From the IMG/VR virus record IMGVR_UViG_3300013426_000021, positions 31,669-63,668 of that record: a stretch of DNA of 32,000 bases. One strand, given 5' to 3'. A program made the position numbers and the translations under genes. Shown piece by piece: positions 7,825-16,523 of this stretch (position 1 is the stretch's first letter; every line of letters starts with the position of its first letter). This stretch comes from a virus. Under the pieces are notes generated by a model. That model did not search any database. It had not been told where the DNA came from and saw nothing but the letters and a program-made list of their open reading frames with translations.

Positions 7825-8693
7825 CTCTCCAATATCTCCTCGCAGAGGGGGCAGGAATTCAGCACGCCGCAGATCCACCGGCAGAAATACTTATCTTTAT
7901 GCGGCCTCCAATCAAACTCAAAGAGAATTTTCTCGATCGTATCGACGACCCAGGCCATGGCGGCGTTATATGCGGCCGCGTCGAACGGTTCATCAATGAA
8001 GGTGCCATCCCGGAACATGTTGAAGCGCAGCCGGGCGGGGAAAACGCCGAATTTCTGCTTGACAAACGCGGCGTAAACATAGAGCTGCTTGCGATAAGTA
8101 TCCAGTTCCTTTTTCATGGAGCTCATGGACTTGGATTTATGATCGATGACCTCAATTTCGCCGGTTTCGCGATTTTTGAGCACCAAGTCGGCGATTCCAA
8201 CGAAAGGATAACCGCCGATTTCAATTTCGAACCGCTCTTCAGCGGCCAGAATATCATATTGATCACCGAAGCCGGAGAAAGTCTCGAAATATTCAAGGCC
8301 AGCGTCGTAATATTTCTGCGGCATGCCTTTGGGGAACGGGGGGAAGGAGTGCTGAAGCGCCTGATCATATCCTTCCTCATACTCGGACGCCATAAGAAAG
8401 TCGGGGAGCTCGCCCTTCGCCCATTTTTCCAGAATTTCATGACAGTGCGTACCGTATTCGGCGAAGGCGTTATTCTCATTGGGGACGCGATCGATATACT
8501 GGAGTTTATAAGCCAGAGGACATTGTTCAAAGGTTGCCAGACGGGAAAAAGACCACTTGGTTTCGGGAGGAATAGCGGCATCACCTCGATGGATATGGTA
8601 TAATGGCTCTGCGCAGACAACGCCGAGCCAAGCCTTTATAAAAAGGAAGGTGTAACGACTGGACACGGAGCGCCCTGCAAGGGGCGAAGGCAC
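7821..8693 (-). CDS. Cas4/RecB-like PD-(D/E)xK exonuclease with Fe-S cysteine cluster
   Basis: WSFSRLATFEQCPLAYKLQYI, IADLVL...EVIDHKS (D..E.K) and C-terminal CRWICGVLNSCPLC. There is no in-frame ATG near the N-terminus. GTG at 8693 or 8666 are the only candidate starts, so the start is uncertain. Confidence 0.75.
   Translation of the reverse strand: MPSPLAGRSVSSRYTFLFIKAWLGVVCAEPLYHIHRGDAAIPPETKWSFSRLATFEQCPLAYKLQYIDRVPNENNAFAEYGTHCHEILEKWAKGELPDFLMASEYEEGYDQALQHSFPPFPKGMPQKYYDAGLEYFETFSGFGDQYDILAAEERFEIEIGGYPFVGIADLVLKNRETGEIEVIDHKSKSMSSMKKELDTYRKQLYVYAAFVKQKFGVFPARLRFNMFRDGTFIDEPFDAAAYNAAMAWVVDTIEKILFEFDWRPHKDKYFCRWICGVLNSCPLCEEILER
8596..8604 (+). promoter_or_regulatory. candidate extended -10 promoter (TGGTATAAT) facing the copy-A element
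   Basis: ATGGTATAAT is identical to the box at 25543-25551. It lies inside the 5' end of the Cas4-like ORF, about 190 nt upstream of the GGAGG+ATG at 8782/8799. Confidence 0.35.
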
Positions 8694-8834
8694 AGTCTGA
8701 ACTTACGGGCGACTGTAAGAGCCGCAAGGCCCCGCAGACAACAAGGCGGGTAACAAATTGCGAAAGCCGGTGGGAGAATTTGGAGGTTTATCGAAAGAAT
8801 GTCAATTTTAATTTCATAGGCGTTGTCCTATTGG

Positions 8835-8963
8835 TTGCAAGTCATAGGAAACTATGACGGATTGGTTCACTTGTTCCCGACCGCCGCGGCGACCCCGCCG
8901 GGCAGATTGTTGCTGATGGCAATCGCTATCGCGCTTGTCGTCTTTATGGTACTGTACGACCGA
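8835..8963 (+). repeat. copy A of a ~129-nt conserved element (candidate small hydrophobic ORF and/or structured RNA)
   Basis: 91/129 identity (hand alignment) to 26808..26936. Contains hairpin GTCATAG-GAAA-CTATGAC (8841-8858). Plus-frame peptide LQVIGNYDGLVHLFPTAAATPPGRLLLMAIAIALVVFMVLYDR. Preceded by GGAGG (8782-8786), ATG 8799 and an in-frame TAG at 8817. Confidence 0.6.
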
Positions 8964-9080
8964 CCCCACCATGAATGGTCAAAAATGATGGCCCCATACC
9001 GCGGTAACGCGGTATTTGGAATCTCCGTAAATTCGGCGAACGTCTGCGCGTTCCCGTTACACCTTCGGGGGGGGAATGTT

Positions 9081-9626
9081 TTATTTATCAGCCTTCAGCG
9101 CGGTGACGGCGGCCAGCTTTCGGGCTTCCTCTTCGATATAAAGCTCGCGGGCGCGGCGCTTGATACGCGCCTTCAGGCGGCGCTTTGCTTTGGCGCGGAG
9201 CTTTTCTTCTTCTTTCTCGCGCAGTTCGCGCTCCTTCGCCTGCATGGCTTCGAAGTCATATTTATCGCAGATCTTTTTGGCGCGGGTGGTGCTGCCGTAA
9301 AGCTTCTTGACGACGCAGGCGCAGAAGGCGGCGTATTTATCATAGGTTTCGCCGGGCATGAGGCGGACGGAGGTTGTGGTATCATCGTTCCAATGAACGA
9401 CGGTGGTATTGTTGGGGTGCGCGATTTTAAGGATATCGGGGAGAAGCTTCGCCGGCTCCTCCGGTGCTTTTGTTTTAAGGGGCGCGGAAGCAAGACAAAC
9501 ACCGACAGCCTCCGCCGGGATTGTAACAGAGTACGGATAAACATCTCCGACGGTACACGCAGTCGACGAGAACGTGGGAAGTTCGGTCATAGACGAAGTG
9601 GTAAAAACGGAAGCGTCATTCATCAT
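9081..9626 (-). CDS. hypothetical protein with Lys/Arg/Glu-rich coiled-coil C-terminus
   Basis: ATGATG start at 9626 with AAAGGA RBS. Protein-like composition. C-terminus KERELREKEEEKLRAKAKRRLKARIKRRARELYIEEEARK. TAA stop. Confidence 0.6.
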   Translation of the reverse strand: MMNDASVFTTSSMTELPTFSSTACTVGDVYPYSVTIPAEAVGVCLASAPLKTKAPEEPAKLLPDILKIAHPNNTTVVHWNDDTTTSVRLMPGETYDKYAAFCACVVKKLYGSTTRAKKICDKYDFEAMQAKERELREKEEEKLRAKAKRRLKARIKRRARELYIEEEARKLAAVTALKADK

Positions 9627-9894
9627 AAGTATCAAGTCCTTTCATTCGAATATCACGGAGGTGACCACGGAAAGCGTATTCGGAAACATGGAGCAGGGTT
9701 TTAAGCTGGTCGCGGGTATATTCCCCACCAAAGCCCTTGTAGAGATGGCGGATAAACCACTCATAAACATAAGAGCGGCACCCGTCCGGGTCGCGATAAT
9801 ATTTGCATGCGCTACAGTTTCTGCTATGCCGGTCGAAGCAACCGAGCATCAATGTGGAGACGACCCCACGATCCCATCTGCGATACCTAGCCAT
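9616..9894 (-). CDS. small Cys-rich hypothetical protein
   Basis: GGAGGG RBS before ATG 9894. 92 aa with CFDRHSRNCSACKYYRDPDGC. Overlaps both neighbours. Confidence 0.55.
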   Translation of the reverse strand: MARYRRWDRGVVSTLMLGCFDRHSRNCSACKYYRDPDGCRSYVYEWFIRHLYKGFGGEYTRDQLKTLLHVSEYAFRGHLRDIRMKGLDTYDE

Positions 9895-10451
9895 TGTTTT
9901 CCCTCCATTAATTTTGTCCGAATTCGCGCGCCCGTTTCCGCGACGCGCTGCTGAACGCGTTGGCGGCTGAGCCCGAGCTCGTCACCGAGCGACTGACAGG
10001 TTTTGCCGGCTATATGATAACGCAGATATAGCCGTGCCGCATCCTCGCCGACAATGGATTTCATATAAGAAACGATGCGCTGCGCATCCATAAAGGCGTC
10101 TGCATCGGTGATACAGCGCTGATCGCCGGGGAGATAATAGTCGATCATCATATCGGAAAGAAAACCGACGCCACTCTCTGGTTTACGGGACTGCGTGTTA
10201 TTGTGCGCGTTAAGATGGGAGAGCTCGCTGCGAACCTGATGCCAGAGATAAGTCGACCAGGCGCATTTGCCGGGGACATAGCTCTGCACGGCGTAAACCG
10301 CAACAAGATGGACGAGCCCAAGCGAATCATCGAACCCCAAATCCCGCCGGTAGCGTGCGAGCTTTGAAGCATAGAGGACAAGCAGCCCATAATTCCGCTC
10401 GAGGAAGGCGCGCTGCGCATCAGTGAGCGGCGGACGAATTTTCTTTCTCAT
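9849..10451 (-). CDS. sigma-70 family (ECF-sized, regions 2 and 4) RNA polymerase sigma factor
   Basis: 200 aa. Region-2-like YGLLVLYASKL...GLVHLVAVYAV. Region-4 HTH CQSLGDELGLSRQRVQQRVAETGARIR. TAATG overlap with the primase-helicase stop. Confidence 0.7.
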   Translation of the reverse strand: MRKKIRPPLTDAQRAFLERNYGLLVLYASKLARYRRDLGFDDSLGLVHLVAVYAVQSYVPGKCAWSTYLWHQVRSELSHLNAHNNTQSRKPESGVGFLSDMMIDYYLPGDQRCITDADAFMDAQRIVSYMKSIVGEDAARLYLRYHIAGKTCQSLGDELGLSRQRVQQRVAETGARIRTKLMEGKQWLGIADGIVGSSPH

Positions 10452-12280
10452 TAGAACGGCAATGTCTGAGCCAGCATGATGCCATACTCCGGCATGGAAT
10501 CGGCGCGCGGGTCAGGCTTCTGCACTCCCTCCTTATTCCAGCTGAAATTATTCAGATCGCCTTTATCGGCCTGATAGATGCGGCGGCTATCGCCGCAATA
10601 ACAGCACTCGATGAGTTTTTCGATGCCGCCTTCGCGGTTTTTGATGATGCGCAAATTCGGGCGCTCAACAACGATGGCGGAATCTGCAAGGTTGACGATC
10701 TGTGAAGAACCGGCGACATCAAATTTCCCAAATTGTTCGCCCGCTTTACGCTTGCGCGGGTGACAAACGGCCAGCACATGGACTGAAAAACGAACGGCAA
10801 ACTTTTTGAGCGCGCCGATAAACTTGCCCTGCGCACGGGTTTCCTCATCGACGTCAGAGAGAGAAGTCATCAGGTTATCGACAAGAAAAAGCTTGCAGCC
10901 ATAGCGGCGAACCGCCATGGTAAACACTTCGAGAATGGATTCCGCCTGATTATGCTCGAAGATTTCGTTATTATCGAAGAGAAAAAACTTGCCGCCGTAA
11001 TATTCCGAAAGCCGCTGCTGAACCTGCCAGCTGAGAGAAGGCACCTGTTTGCTGCGGACGGAATCATATTTCAGACCGATATAATCGGAACCGGCGCACT
11101 GGAGGTTGATCCATTCCTGAAATTTTTCTTTACGGAGCTCCCCCGAATAAGCGCAGACATTGTGTCCTTGCTCGATTGCATTGAGAAGAAGCAAGCCCGT
11201 TAGCGTGGATTTTCCGCCGCCCGCGTCACCTGTAAAAACCGTAAGCCCGCCCTCAACCAAGCCACCAATCGCCGCGTCCAACGCGGGGATCATCGTCTTG
11301 ATTCGGGGAACGGTCGTCGGGTCATACGGGGTGACGGTGCCGAGATCGAGCAAACCCTTGATGGGAACCTGTCGGGCGTTCTCGACCATATCGACCAGTT
11401 CGAATGGACCCAACGCAAAGAGAATTTCGTTCGCATCCTTACATTCCTTGCCGCGGTCTTCCCAGTAGGGATAATCCTCAACGATAGCGCACCGCGACTC
11501 GTCCAGCCGCTTGGCCACCTGCTGAACCATCTTGCGGCCGGGATCATCGTTATCACCAAAGAGAACGATTCGCTTGAATTTTTCCAGCCAGTCCCAGCAG
11601 TTTTCAATCCAGCTGAAATCCTCGCAGCCGGAGGGGACGGAAACGACGTTGGTGACGCCGGCCTCATAAAGCGACATGGCGTCCAGCTGGCCTTCCGTGA
11701 TGACGAGCGGCTGGGCGAAGGAGCACATATCCATCCCGAAGAGAACAGCCTTTGTGCCGGGGGCGCGCCACTCCTTTCCTTTTTCACCCTCTTTCGGCTT
11801 CCACGGCCGGCGGAACTTCTCAAAGACATTGACGCCGTTTTCATAAAAAGGGAAGACGATCATGCCGGCGTCGTCGGACTGAATTTTGAAGGCGTCGACC
11901 GTTTCGCGGCTGATGCAGCGCTTCTCAAAATACTGATAGATCGCTTCCGTGGGCGGGTTGAGATGCGTATCGGGGAGCTTCCACGCTTTAGGCTTTTGTT
12001 TGGCGAGGCTGGAGGAGCGAGCGGAGCGGGCGGCATTGGTATCGCCGAAGAATTCGGCCAGCTCGTCAAAGTGCCCGCGCTTGCCGCAGGTGCCACGCTT
12101 GCAGACAAACACTCCTTTATCGATGGAGAGCGCGAAGGTTTCCTTATCCCCGTTATCCCCGCCGTGACAGAAGGGGCAATACTCCGGGACGATTTCTTCG
12201 CCCCCATCCTGCTTGGGTTTCACCTTAAAATTGCCGAGATACTGATCCGCGAACCGGATCATCTGATCTCTGTTATTCAT
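10451..12280 (-). CDS. bifunctional primase-helicase (zinc finger + Toprim + DnaB/RecA-like ATPase)
   Basis: CPFCHGG...CKRGTCGKRGHF zinc motif. Toprim ITEGQLDAMSL...LFGDNDDPGR. Walker A TGDAGGGKST, Walker B KLFLVDNL. Confidence 0.85.
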   Translation of the reverse strand: MNNRDQMIRFADQYLGNFKVKPKQDGGEEIVPEYCPFCHGGDNGDKETFALSIDKGVFVCKRGTCGKRGHFDELAEFFGDTNAARSARSSSLAKQKPKAWKLPDTHLNPPTEAIYQYFEKRCISRETVDAFKIQSDDAGMIVFPFYENGVNVFEKFRRPWKPKEGEKGKEWRAPGTKAVLFGMDMCSFAQPLVITEGQLDAMSLYEAGVTNVVSVPSGCEDFSWIENCWDWLEKFKRIVLFGDNDDPGRKMVQQVAKRLDESRCAIVEDYPYWEDRGKECKDANEILFALGPFELVDMVENARQVPIKGLLDLGTVTPYDPTTVPRIKTMIPALDAAIGGLVEGGLTVFTGDAGGGKSTLTGLLLLNAIEQGHNVCAYSGELRKEKFQEWINLQCAGSDYIGLKYDSVRSKQVPSLSWQVQQRLSEYYGGKFFLFDNNEIFEHNQAESILEVFTMAVRRYGCKLFLVDNLMTSLSDVDEETRAQGKFIGALKKFAVRFSVHVLAVCHPRKRKAGEQFGKFDVAGSSQIVNLADSAIVVERPNLRIIKNREGGIEKLIECCYCGDSRRIYQADKGDLNNFSWNKEGVQKPDPRADSMPEYGIMLAQTLPF

Positions 12281-12281
12281 A

Positions 12282-12791
12282 TCAATCCATCACATTCGTT
12301 CGGAGAGTATAGCTGCGGCTATCGACCAACTCTTTACAGGCGCGGCATTTGCCCTGCACCTGCGCAAGCTGGTTAATGGCCTGCTTATCGGCGAAGAAAT
12401 CATAAACCGGCTTGAGCAGGTCCATTTCGTTTTTACACTGCCGGCGTTCCCGGCGGACAGCGGCCAGCCGCCTATACATATCATAGCCTTTGGAGGCGTT
12501 CAGATTATCAGACAGCTCGATAACATGGAGAAGATCCTGCGTTTCCTGATCGAACTCCTGCCAGCGGCGCTCGTTTTCCTCATAGCGGGTGACGGCGGAG
12601 CGGGCGAAATCAAGAAAGGCGCGAATCTGATCGACCGGTTGGAGGGTATCGTACTCCTGCTTGCGATATAACCTGAGCACGGGGGCAGGAGCGGGGGATG
12701 CGGAAGCTGACGGCGGCTGCTCCGGGTTTGAATTCAGGATATCCTTCACAATCCGCTGCGAAAGCGGTTTATATTTGAGCTTTTTCCCCAT
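12282..12791 (-). CDS. hypothetical protein
   Basis: Start set at MGKKLKYKP (ATG 12791, GGAGG RBS). The longer track ORF overlaps the upstream gene. Product not recognised. Confidence 0.6.
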   Translation of the reverse strand: MGKKLKYKPLSQRIVKDILNSNPEQPPSASASPAPAPVLRLYRKQEYDTLQPVDQIRAFLDFARSAVTRYEENERRWQEFDQETQDLLHVIELSDNLNASKGYDMYRRLAAVRRERRQCKNEMDLLKPVYDFFADKQAINQLAQVQGKCRACKELVDSRSYTLRTNVMD

Positions 12792-12792
12792 A

Positions 12793-14307
12793 TCACTTGA
12801 GCGCCTCCCAAACAAGCAGGTAACGATCGCTGCGCAGCTGCTCCATGAGGCACTGATAGGGATCGAGCGTGCCGGACATGACCATCTTTGCAATGTTAGG
12901 CGAGAAACCGGAAACGAGCGCGACGCCGAAATCATTTTCCCTGACGGGAATGGTATCGGTGCGGCCGCAAACATTCCAAAAGACCAGGCGGGGCAGGGAA
13001 TAACCATAAAAATCGTACTTCTCCTTCACCTCATCGAACAGACTGCGATTGAAGTGCGGATAACACCCGGCGTCGAACTGCATATCGGAAATGATGAGGA
13101 TATTTTTCGGAAGCTCTTCCTGCCTGAGCTTATTTTGAACCGCCGTATCAAGGATAAGATCAAACACAGCCTCGATATTCGTATTCGAACATTCATCATG
13201 CCGGCGGGCAATGCGCAGCTTGGACAGCAGCGTGCTCGCGCCGGAAAGATCGACCAGCTGAGGACGCACGGAGAAGGTGATATAGCGATTACGGTAAACG
13301 CCATGCAGCCGTTCGGCAAAATAAATCGCCAGACCGTGCGCGATATCGAGCGGCTGAACACCGCCGGCTTTCAAACCGCACGTCATACTGCCGCTGCCAT
13401 CGGCGACGACGATGGTTTCCGCTCCATCGGGGACGGTATCAGGGAGCGCCCGCCAGAGCGCTTCAAGCGCGTCGTCCACACGCCGTTCACCTTCGTCATA
13501 TTTTGCGGCGATTTCATGCGGCATGAGGACGGAGGAATTAATCTTGACATCCTTCACGCCAGCCTTGAGATCTTCCAGATATTGCTGCCGGCGATCTTCA
13601 TCATGCTTAAGGAACGCCTTGCGATAAATCAAATTCGCGCGGGAGGGGACGGTATTATAATTGATTTGCCCCCACTCGCCGGCTGACATTTTCAGCTCGA
13701 TAACATCCAGATAGCGGCGCAGCTTTGCGACGGCGCGGCGATAATTGCGCGGCGTGACGTGAAACTTTGCGGCCAGCAATTTTGCGGCTTCGCGATGGGA
13801 GGGGACGCGGCTCTTTTCGGATGGAAGCCATTTGGCAAGGAGCGAAATCGGCCGCTTTTGCAGCATATCCGCCGTATCCTGCCGCATCTGATCGGCAAGG
13901 ATATCGAGAACGGAAGAAGCGAGCTGCGTATCGAGCAGGGTAAACAAATCGTCCCAGCGGCCATACTCCGCGAAAAGCGGGAGCAGGCGCATCAGGGCAT
14001 AAGGAAACTCGCGCGCCAGATAGCGGGCGCAGACGCGAAAGAGCCGCCGTTCTCCCATACCCTGCCGGCAATCGCGGGCAAAGAAGAGCCAGACGATCGC
14101 CGCGGCCATATCTTCCGCACAGGCGGCGGCAAACATCGTTTCGATCTTCTCTTCAGGCGCTTCCCGCAGAGAGGAGACGGCAAAATTCAGATCAAGCAGG
14201 GCATGGCCGCTGGTGCGATAAACCTTCGCGCCGTTATCGGTATAAGAAACGTTCGCCGAACCATTCACGAGCGTTTCATTCATCTTATCATAAAAATTAA
14301 CAGCCAT
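12793..14307 (-). CDS. DUF2828-type protein with C-terminal vWA (MIDAS) domain, Ro60/TROVE-like architecture
   Basis: YTDNGAKVYRTSGHALLDLNF...FFARDCRQGMGERRLF matches my memory of the DUF2828 N-terminus. IVVADGSGSM is a DxSxS MIDAS motif. Confidence 0.7.
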   Translation of the reverse strand: MAVNFYDKMNETLVNGSANVSYTDNGAKVYRTSGHALLDLNFAVSSLREAPEEKIETMFAAACAEDMAAAIVWLFFARDCRQGMGERRLFRVCARYLAREFPYALMRLLPLFAEYGRWDDLFTLLDTQLASSVLDILADQMRQDTADMLQKRPISLLAKWLPSEKSRVPSHREAAKLLAAKFHVTPRNYRRAVAKLRRYLDVIELKMSAGEWGQINYNTVPSRANLIYRKAFLKHDEDRRQQYLEDLKAGVKDVKINSSVLMPHEIAAKYDEGERRVDDALEALWRALPDTVPDGAETIVVADGSGSMTCGLKAGGVQPLDIAHGLAIYFAERLHGVYRNRYITFSVRPQLVDLSGASTLLSKLRIARRHDECSNTNIEAVFDLILDTAVQNKLRQEELPKNILIISDMQFDAGCYPHFNRSLFDEVKEKYDFYGYSLPRLVFWNVCGRTDTIPVRENDFGVALVSGFSPNIAKMVMSGTLDPYQCLMEQLRSDRYLLVWEALK

Positions 14308-14318
14308 TGAAACCTCTT

Positions 14319-14870
14319 TCAGGCGGCGAACGCCGCATATTTTTTTCGGATACGCTGCAGGGTGCGCATGGCCGTAGCATCGCCAAAGCCGGCGGCACGC
14401 CCCGCATCGCGCGTGGTGGCACCGTTCATTTTCTGCTGGACAAGTATTCTTTCAGGCTTGGAAAGGGTGCCGAGGAAGATATCGAAATCAGCCTGTGTCT
14501 CGATATCTTCCGCAGTAGAGCCTTCTTTGGCATAATAATCCAGCCCATCGAACATAATCGACGAATCAACGGGATAGGAAATGGTTTTTGTGAAATCAGT
14601 CGTGCGCTTGGGGATATGGACGACATTCATCTCCATCAGGTAGCGGCACATTGCGTTCGTCATATCAAGAAGCGGGGCTTTGCGCGCCGTTTCAATATCG
14701 GGGCTGCGGCGGATATGCTCCAGCATAACAATGGACGCTTCCTGAAAGAGATCCTCCGCGCAGGCGCTATAATTTTTATCATTGCGGCGTCTAAACTGAT
14801 GGACAGCTGACCAGACCAGATTTATACAGGAACGAAAAATCTGATCTTCCTGGCTGGGAGAAAGATTCAT
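14319..14870 (-). CDS. sigma-70 family (ECF-sized) sigma factor, second copy
   Basis: 183 aa. DLFQEASIVMLEHIRR (region 2). ERILVQQKMNGATTRDAGRAAGFGDATAMRTLQRIRKK (region 4 HTH). Confidence 0.65.
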   Translation of the reverse strand: MNLSPSQEDQIFRSCINLVWSAVHQFRRRNDKNYSACAEDLFQEASIVMLEHIRRSPDIETARKAPLLDMTNAMCRYLMEMNVVHIPKRTTDFTKTISYPVDSSIMFDGLDYYAKEGSTAEDIETQADFDIFLGTLSKPERILVQQKMNGATTRDAGRAAGFGDATAMRTLQRIRKKYAAFAA

Positions 14871-14948
14871 TCGGCATCCTTTCTGCCAGCAGCCTGATAT
14901 AAACGTTTTCTATGGGCGATTTACGAAATTACGGGATGAGGAGAAAAG

Positions 14949-15452
14949 TTAAAAGGGAAGATCATCCTCATTGAAACGATTGGCGGAAGCGGCAGCGGGC
15001 GCGACAGGAGGCTGCACAGCGTAATTATTATAAGCGGGGACAGGCTGAGCGGGGGCATAAGCCGGAGCGGGCGGAGCGTATCCGTAAGGCTGGGGCTGAG
15101 GCTGAACTGGTGCGGCGGCCTGCGCATCCTTCTTAGATGAGAGGAACTGCACCTTGCCGGCGCGGAGCTCGAGGGAGAATTTCATTGTGCCATCTCGCCC
15201 CTGATAGGAACGGACGCTCGGCTCGCCATCACAATAGACGGGATCGCCTTTATGGAGATACTTAGCACAGGCGTCGGCCTGCTTGCCCCAGACGGCGACG
15301 CGATAAAAGGTCGCGGCTTTTTCTTCGCCGTTGCGGGGCTGATAATCGGGGTCGACGGCCACGTTAAAGTTGGTGACCATATTTTCGCCGACCATGCGGT
15401 TTTCAGGATCAGCCGTAAGACGGCCGATGATTTCAGTTCTATGAAGACTCAA
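14949..15452 (-). CDS. ssb: single-stranded DNA-binding protein
   Basis: OB-fold N-terminus IIGRLTADPE...FYRVAVWGKQA, a Pro/Gln/Ala-rich linker and an acidic tip EDDLPF. TTG start with GGGAGG RBS. Confidence 0.85.
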   Translation of the reverse strand: MSLHRTEIIGRLTADPENRMVGENMVTNFNVAVDPDYQPRNGEEKAATFYRVAVWGKQADACAKYLHKGDPVYCDGEPSVRSYQGRDGTMKFSLELRAGKVQFLSSKKDAQAAAPVQPQPQPYGYAPPAPAYAPAQPVPAYNNYAVQPPVAPAAASANRFNEDDLPF

Positions 15453-15469
15453 TGCTTTTCCTCCCTTTC

Positions 15470-16504
15470 TCAGGCGGCAAACGCGGCGTAAAGCGCGTCG
15501 AGCGTAGCCTGATCTTTAATGGTACGATAATTCGCGGTGCCGCCGGTGATCGATTTGACTTTTGCCAGCAAATCGGCGCGTTCCATCGTTTTTGAAGCGG
15601 CCTTGATGACAGCATCTACCATTTCCGGCGTGACAGCCGAAGCGGGGATGGGGGCGGGCGGCTCGCTGAAGGGGAGCTGCGATTCATCCATTGGGGATGC
15701 GGCGGCGGGCATCGGTTCGGAAACGGGAGCCTTCACAGCACGCTCAATGGGTGCCGTTACAGCTTCCGGCTTTGCGCCGGCCAGCCAACCATGAATCTTC
15801 GCGCCGACTTCGGGCGTGATGACGAAATACTGGCCGTCGAACAGGCGGGTACGATCCTTCGTGGCGCATGCCTGATGCGCCTGATCAAGCTCGAAGAAGG
15901 TGGTGACTTCATATTCCAGCCCATCGCGGAATTGAATGCCCATACCTTTCTGGACGACCTTCTTGCGGCCATTCTCTTCTTCCATGGCGTACTCTTTCTT
16001 GGAACGCGCAGTGATGATGACGTGCATATCGCACTGAAGGATTTTATCAATGAGTTTATTATGCAGCGGAGTCACATCCCGCCAGGCGGTGTAGCTGTTG
16101 CCGCTGCGCTTTGCCGCGTTGGCCTGCATTTCAAGCAAGCCGCCTTCGCCTGTCCATGCATGGGTGAGGGAATCGATAATAAGGAATTCCATGCCGGCGC
16201 GCTGCGCTTCATCGATTGCGTCGATATATTTCTGGGGCCCGAAGGGCGGAGTGATATCGATTTTGCAGAACTCTCCGATTCGCACATTGCCGACCTGCTC
16301 ATCGACGAACAGATTAGCGGAGCGGTTTTCGGTATCGACGACGCAGATTCTATCCCAAACCTGCGCGTCCGGCCAATCGGGATGGTCTGCGTGGACAAGA
16401 CCATAGGCGAGCAAGAGAGAGCTCATCGTTTTGCCGCTGCCGGAGATGCCGCCGATGCCAAGCTTGATGCGTACCTGCGATTTTCTCGCTTTACTGATTG
16501 CCAA
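15470..16504 (-). CDS. Sak4/AAA_24-like RecA-fold ATPase (recombination/annealing helper)
   Basis: Walker A GISGSGKT, Walker B FLIIDSLTHAW. TTG start at 16504 preceded by AAGGGGG. Adjacent to ssb. Confidence 0.65.
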   Translation of the reverse strand: MAISKARKSQVRIKLGIGGISGSGKTMSSLLLAYGLVHADHPDWPDAQVWDRICVVDTENRSANLFVDEQVGNVRIGEFCKIDITPPFGPQKYIDAIDEAQRAGMEFLIIDSLTHAWTGEGGLLEMQANAAKRSGNSYTAWRDVTPLHNKLIDKILQCDMHVIITARSKKEYAMEEENGRKKVVQKGMGIQFRDGLEYEVTTFFELDQAHQACATKDRTRLFDGQYFVITPEVGAKIHGWLAGAKPEAVTAPIERAVKAPVSEPMPAAASPMDESQLPFSEPPAPIPASAVTPEMVDAVIKAASKTMERADLLAKVKSITGGTANYRTIKDQATLDALYAAFAA

Positions 16505-16523
16505 GGTAAAATACCCCCTTCTC

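Noticed and set aside
6964-7878. The PAPS-reductase as a simple nonsense pseudogene
   Set aside because: This cannot be excluded. However, both halves keep one frame and intact motifs with no further lesions, and other independent in-frame TAGs occur in the window, so it is annotated as a read-through CDS.
8605-8750. Two hairpins displaying the same CAGACAAC loop (8605-8629 and 8731-8750) as a protein-binding RNA pair
   Set aside because: A single shared 8-9-mer within ~150 nt is plausible by chance. The first hairpin lies inside the Cas4-like coding frame and is cut by the predicted plus-strand TSS.
8913-8918. Hammerhead-like CTGATG box in copy A
   Set aside because: It is not conserved in copy B (CTGGCAG), and no matching GAAA or cleavage-site helices could be drawn.
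8964-9704. The remainder of the 293-aa plus-strand ORF 8823..9704
   Set aside because: Only the first ~47 codons are conserved with copy B. The rest is antisense to the well-formed gene 9081..9626 and has shadow-ORF composition.
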